A DNA stretch of 63,054 nucleotides from Arthrobacter sp. (lineage in GTDB: Bacteria > Actinomycetota > Actinomycetes > Actinomycetales > Micrococcaceae): NCBI GenBank assembly GCA_035571895.1, contig DATNBS010000201.1:1-63054 (forward strand), read 5' to 3'. Within the stretch, counting starts at the first letter, position 1, and each line of letters starts with the position of its first letter. Shown here in pieces: positions 59,283 through 63,054 of this stretch. Made by a program: the position numbers and the translations under genes. The notes below the pieces were generated by a model, which did no database searches, was not told the DNA's origin, and saw only the letters and a program-made list of their open reading frames with translations.

Positions 59283-59360
59283 GCACCCCAGCGTACCCCC
59301 GCCGGCCGGCCTGTCCCGGGGCTCCTGTGCAAATCGCGGGATGTGGCTAGGCTGGCCCTT

Positions 59361-60824
59361 GTGGTGCGCAAACTCATCGATTTGAAGACCAGCGCCCGCC
59401 AGACGCGGCTGGCCGGGGCGCTGGACGACGTGGTGGCGGCCCTGGAACTGCCGACCGCCTACCCCGAAGCAGCCCTGGCCGAGGCCGCCGCTGCCGTCGA
59501 GGCGCTGGAGCTGCCGACGGTGGACCTGACCGACATCGAGTTCGCGACCATCGATCCGCCGACCTCGACCGACCTCGACCAGGCGGTGCACATCACCCGT
59601 GCCAAGGACGGCTACACCGTCCGGTATGCCATTGCCGATGTCCCGGCCTTCATCGAGCTGGGCGGGGCACTCGATGCCGAAACCCGGCGACGCGGCCAGA
59701 CCCTCTACCTGCCGGGCCGCCGCATCCCGCTGCACCCGGAGCTCATCAGCGAGGACGCCGGATCGCTGCTGCCCGGGCGCCGGCGTGGCGCGTACGTCTG
59801 GACCTTCCACCTGGATTCCAGCGCCCAGGTGCAGCGCAGCGAGCTGGTGCGGGCCACCGTCACCAGCCGCCAGAAGCTCGATTACGCCGGCGTGCAGGCC
59901 GCCATCGATGCGGGAACCGCCCCGGAGTCCCTGGCGCTGCTGCGCGACGTGGGACTGAAGCGCATCGAGGCCGAACGCGAACGCGGCGGGGCCAGCCTGC
60001 GGATCCCCGAGCAGGAGGTCGAGGTGGATGACGCCGGCTTCTACCACCTCGAAGCGCGGGCCCCGTTGCCGGTGGAGGACTGGAACGCCCAGATCTCGCT
60101 GATGACCGGGATGGAGGCGGCCCGGATCATGCTCGAGGGACGGATCGGGATCCTGCGCACCATGCCCGCTCCCGACGAGCATGGTGCCGCGGCCTTCCGC
60201 CGGGAAGCCCGCTCACTGGGCGTTCCCTGGCAGGAGGGCGTCCCCTACGGCGAGTTCCTGCGCTCCCTCGACGTCCGGCAGCCGCGCCAACTGGCCATCA
60301 TGCACGCCGCGACCTCGTTGTTCCGCGGCGCCGGGTACACCGCCTTCGACGGCGAGCTGCCCGCCGAGCGTCTCCAGGCCGCCATCGCCGCCCCCTACGC
60401 GCATACCACCGCACCCCTGCGCCGGCTGGTGGACCGGTTCGTCCTGGTGGTCTGCGAGCACATGGTGCGGGGGGAGGATGTCCCGGCCGGGATCCGTGCG
60501 GCGCTGCCGTTGCTGCCCGACGTGATGCAGGCGTCCAACCAGGTCGCCGGCAACGTGGAGCGGGCGGCCATCGACACGGTCGAGGCGGCGCTGTTGGCGG
60601 ACCGGATCGGCGAACGGTTCGAGGCCGTCACGCTCAATGGGGCCACGCCGGAACAGATCGCGGCGGCACGGGAGAACGGCAACGTCCCCGGCGGGCGCCT
60701 GCAACTGCTCGATCCGGCCGTGACGGCACGCTACGAGGGGACCGCCGAAGCCGGCGAGCGCGTCGTGGCCGAACTGGTCGAAGCCGACATCGCCCGGCGC
60801 ACGGTCCTGTTCCGGGTCGGCTGA
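59361..60824 (+). CDS. RNB-domain (RNase II/R-like) ribonuclease
   Basis: TIDPPTSTDLDQA, YAIAD, YAHTTAPLRRLVD. Confidence 0.9.
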   Translation: MVRKLIDLKTSARQTRLAGALDDVVAALELPTAYPEAALAEAAAAVEALELPTVDLTDIEFATIDPPTSTDLDQAVHITRAKDGYTVRYAIADVPAFIELGGALDAETRRRGQTLYLPGRRIPLHPELISEDAGSLLPGRRRGAYVWTFHLDSSAQVQRSELVRATVTSRQKLDYAGVQAAIDAGTAPESLALLRDVGLKRIEAERERGGASLRIPEQEVEVDDAGFYHLEARAPLPVEDWNAQISLMTGMEAARIMLEGRIGILRTMPAPDEHGAAAFRREARSLGVPWQEGVPYGEFLRSLDVRQPRQLAIMHAATSLFRGAGYTAFDGELPAERLQAAIAAPYAHTTAPLRRLVDRFVLVVCEHMVRGEDVPAGIRAALPLLPDVMQASNQVAGNVERAAIDTVEAALLADRIGERFEAVTLNGATPEQIAAARENGNVPGGRLQLLDPAVTARYEGTAEAGERVVAELVEADIARRTVLFRVG

Positions 60825-60902
60825 ACAGCACCCCTCCACCGGCCCGGGGACGGCCCGCGGACCGGCGGCAGGGCGCCGTCTGCGCCGTGGGGGCCTGGCC
60901 CG

Positions 60903-61994
<1,092 letters not shown>

Positions 61995-61998
<4 letters not shown>

Positions 61999-63054
61999 GA
62001 GAACCTCCAGGGGTCGAAGGGGGCCAGGGCATCGTCGGCGAGCGCGGCCATGGCCGGTGGGTGGCGTGCCGGGGTGCCGCCGGGCGGAGCGTCCCGGTCC
62101 CCGACCAGCGAGCGCACGACGCCGGCCGCTGCGACGCTGAGCAGCACGCCGTGACGGTGGAATCCGGTCGCGGCGATCAGCCCCGGTCCGATGCGTCCGA
62201 GCAGGGGGAGGTTGTCCGGGGTGCCGGGCCGGGCCCGCGCCGTGGTTTCGGCCAGTTCGAAGTGCCCGAGCGCGGGCATGATCCGCAGGGCATCGCGCAG
62301 CAGCCGGTGCGTTCCCTCGACGCTGACCCCCGAGTGGCCGTCTTCGCGTTCGGTGGCCCCGAGCACGACCTCGCCATCGGCGCGGGGCAGCACGTAGACG
62401 GCACGGCCGGAGACCAGCGCCCGCACCGTCACCCCGGCCGGTCGTGGCGCCGCGGGCGTGGGCCGCAGCCGCAGCACGTCCCCGTGGACCGGCCGCACAG
62501 CCAGGCGCAGGCCCCCGGGAAGGCCCGGCAAGGCGACGCCGGTACCGGTGCCGGCTCCGGGCAGGCCGGTCCCCGTGGCCAGGACGACCTCATCGGCCGT
62601 GACTGTCTCTTTCTGGCCGGGCCCTTGCCCGCGGTCCGGCCCTTGCCCCCGCCCCGATCCGGGGCCGCCACACTGCACGGCCTGGACGGGTCCGGCTGGC
62701 ACGACGGCGGTGGCCGCCTCCCGGACCCAGCTGACCCGGGGTTCGGCTGCCAGGGCCGCCTGCAGCGCGGCAGCGGTGCGCCGCGGATCGGCTTGGCCGT
62801 CGCCGGGAGCGGAAAAGGCCCCCGCGATCCGCGGTGCCAGCAGCGGCTCCAGGTGCCGTGCCGCCGTCGTGCCGAGTTCGCGGATCTCCAAGGCGGCGGC
62901 CCGTTGGGCCGCGGCCAGCCCGGCGAGCGTTTCGCGGTCGGCGCCGTCGGCGGCGACCACGAGGGTACCCCCGGCGCGGTACCCGGTTGGCAGGCCCGTC
63001 GCTTCTTCCAGGGCGCGGGCCCAGTGCGGCCAGGCAGCTGCCGCCGGTACCGAG
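61995..63054 (-). CDS. thiO: glycine oxidase, 5'-truncated by window
   Basis: RPVHG, VLGAT, RPGTPDNLP, GFHRHGVLL; ATGA-coupled to thiS. Confidence 0.9.

Overview
High-GC actinobacterial chromosome segment; gene order suggests Micrococcaceae (Arthrobacter/Paeniglutamicibacter-like), which is an inference. It is almost entirely core genome and contains: an iscS-mnmA locus; a FolP2-type DHPS paralog coupled to a RibD-C/DHFR-like reductase; a J-domain fusion protein; trmL; etfBA; an HtrA-family protease divergent from a TPM-domain protein + PspA pair; two identical initiator tRNA-Met genes bracketing a cytochrome b-like + acyl-CoA dehydrogenase pair; the conserved actinobacterial UPF0182/PDZ-Lon/zincin/ThiF-like/uvrD2/nudC/adnBA/ATL block; metQNI; a complete coproporphyrin-dependent heme cluster (hemA, E, Y, Q, H, C, D, B, L); moeB-TetR-DUF3107; a frameshifted pterin dehydratase-VOC fusion; an RNB-family RNase; and thiO-thiS-thiG. 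I saw no transposase, integrase, prophage or CRISPR array, and no clearly novel system can be proven from the sequence alone. Best leads: a possible acyl-CoA dehydrogenase/ETF/cytochrome b electron-transfer module with a BkaR/AccR-type operator at etfB; the TPM-PspA/HtrA envelope module; the FolP2-reductase pair; phased repeats upstream of a J-domain/nuclease-like fusion; a probable CTG start codon; and pervasive leaderless promoters. All annotations come from motif recognition by eye, with no database searches.
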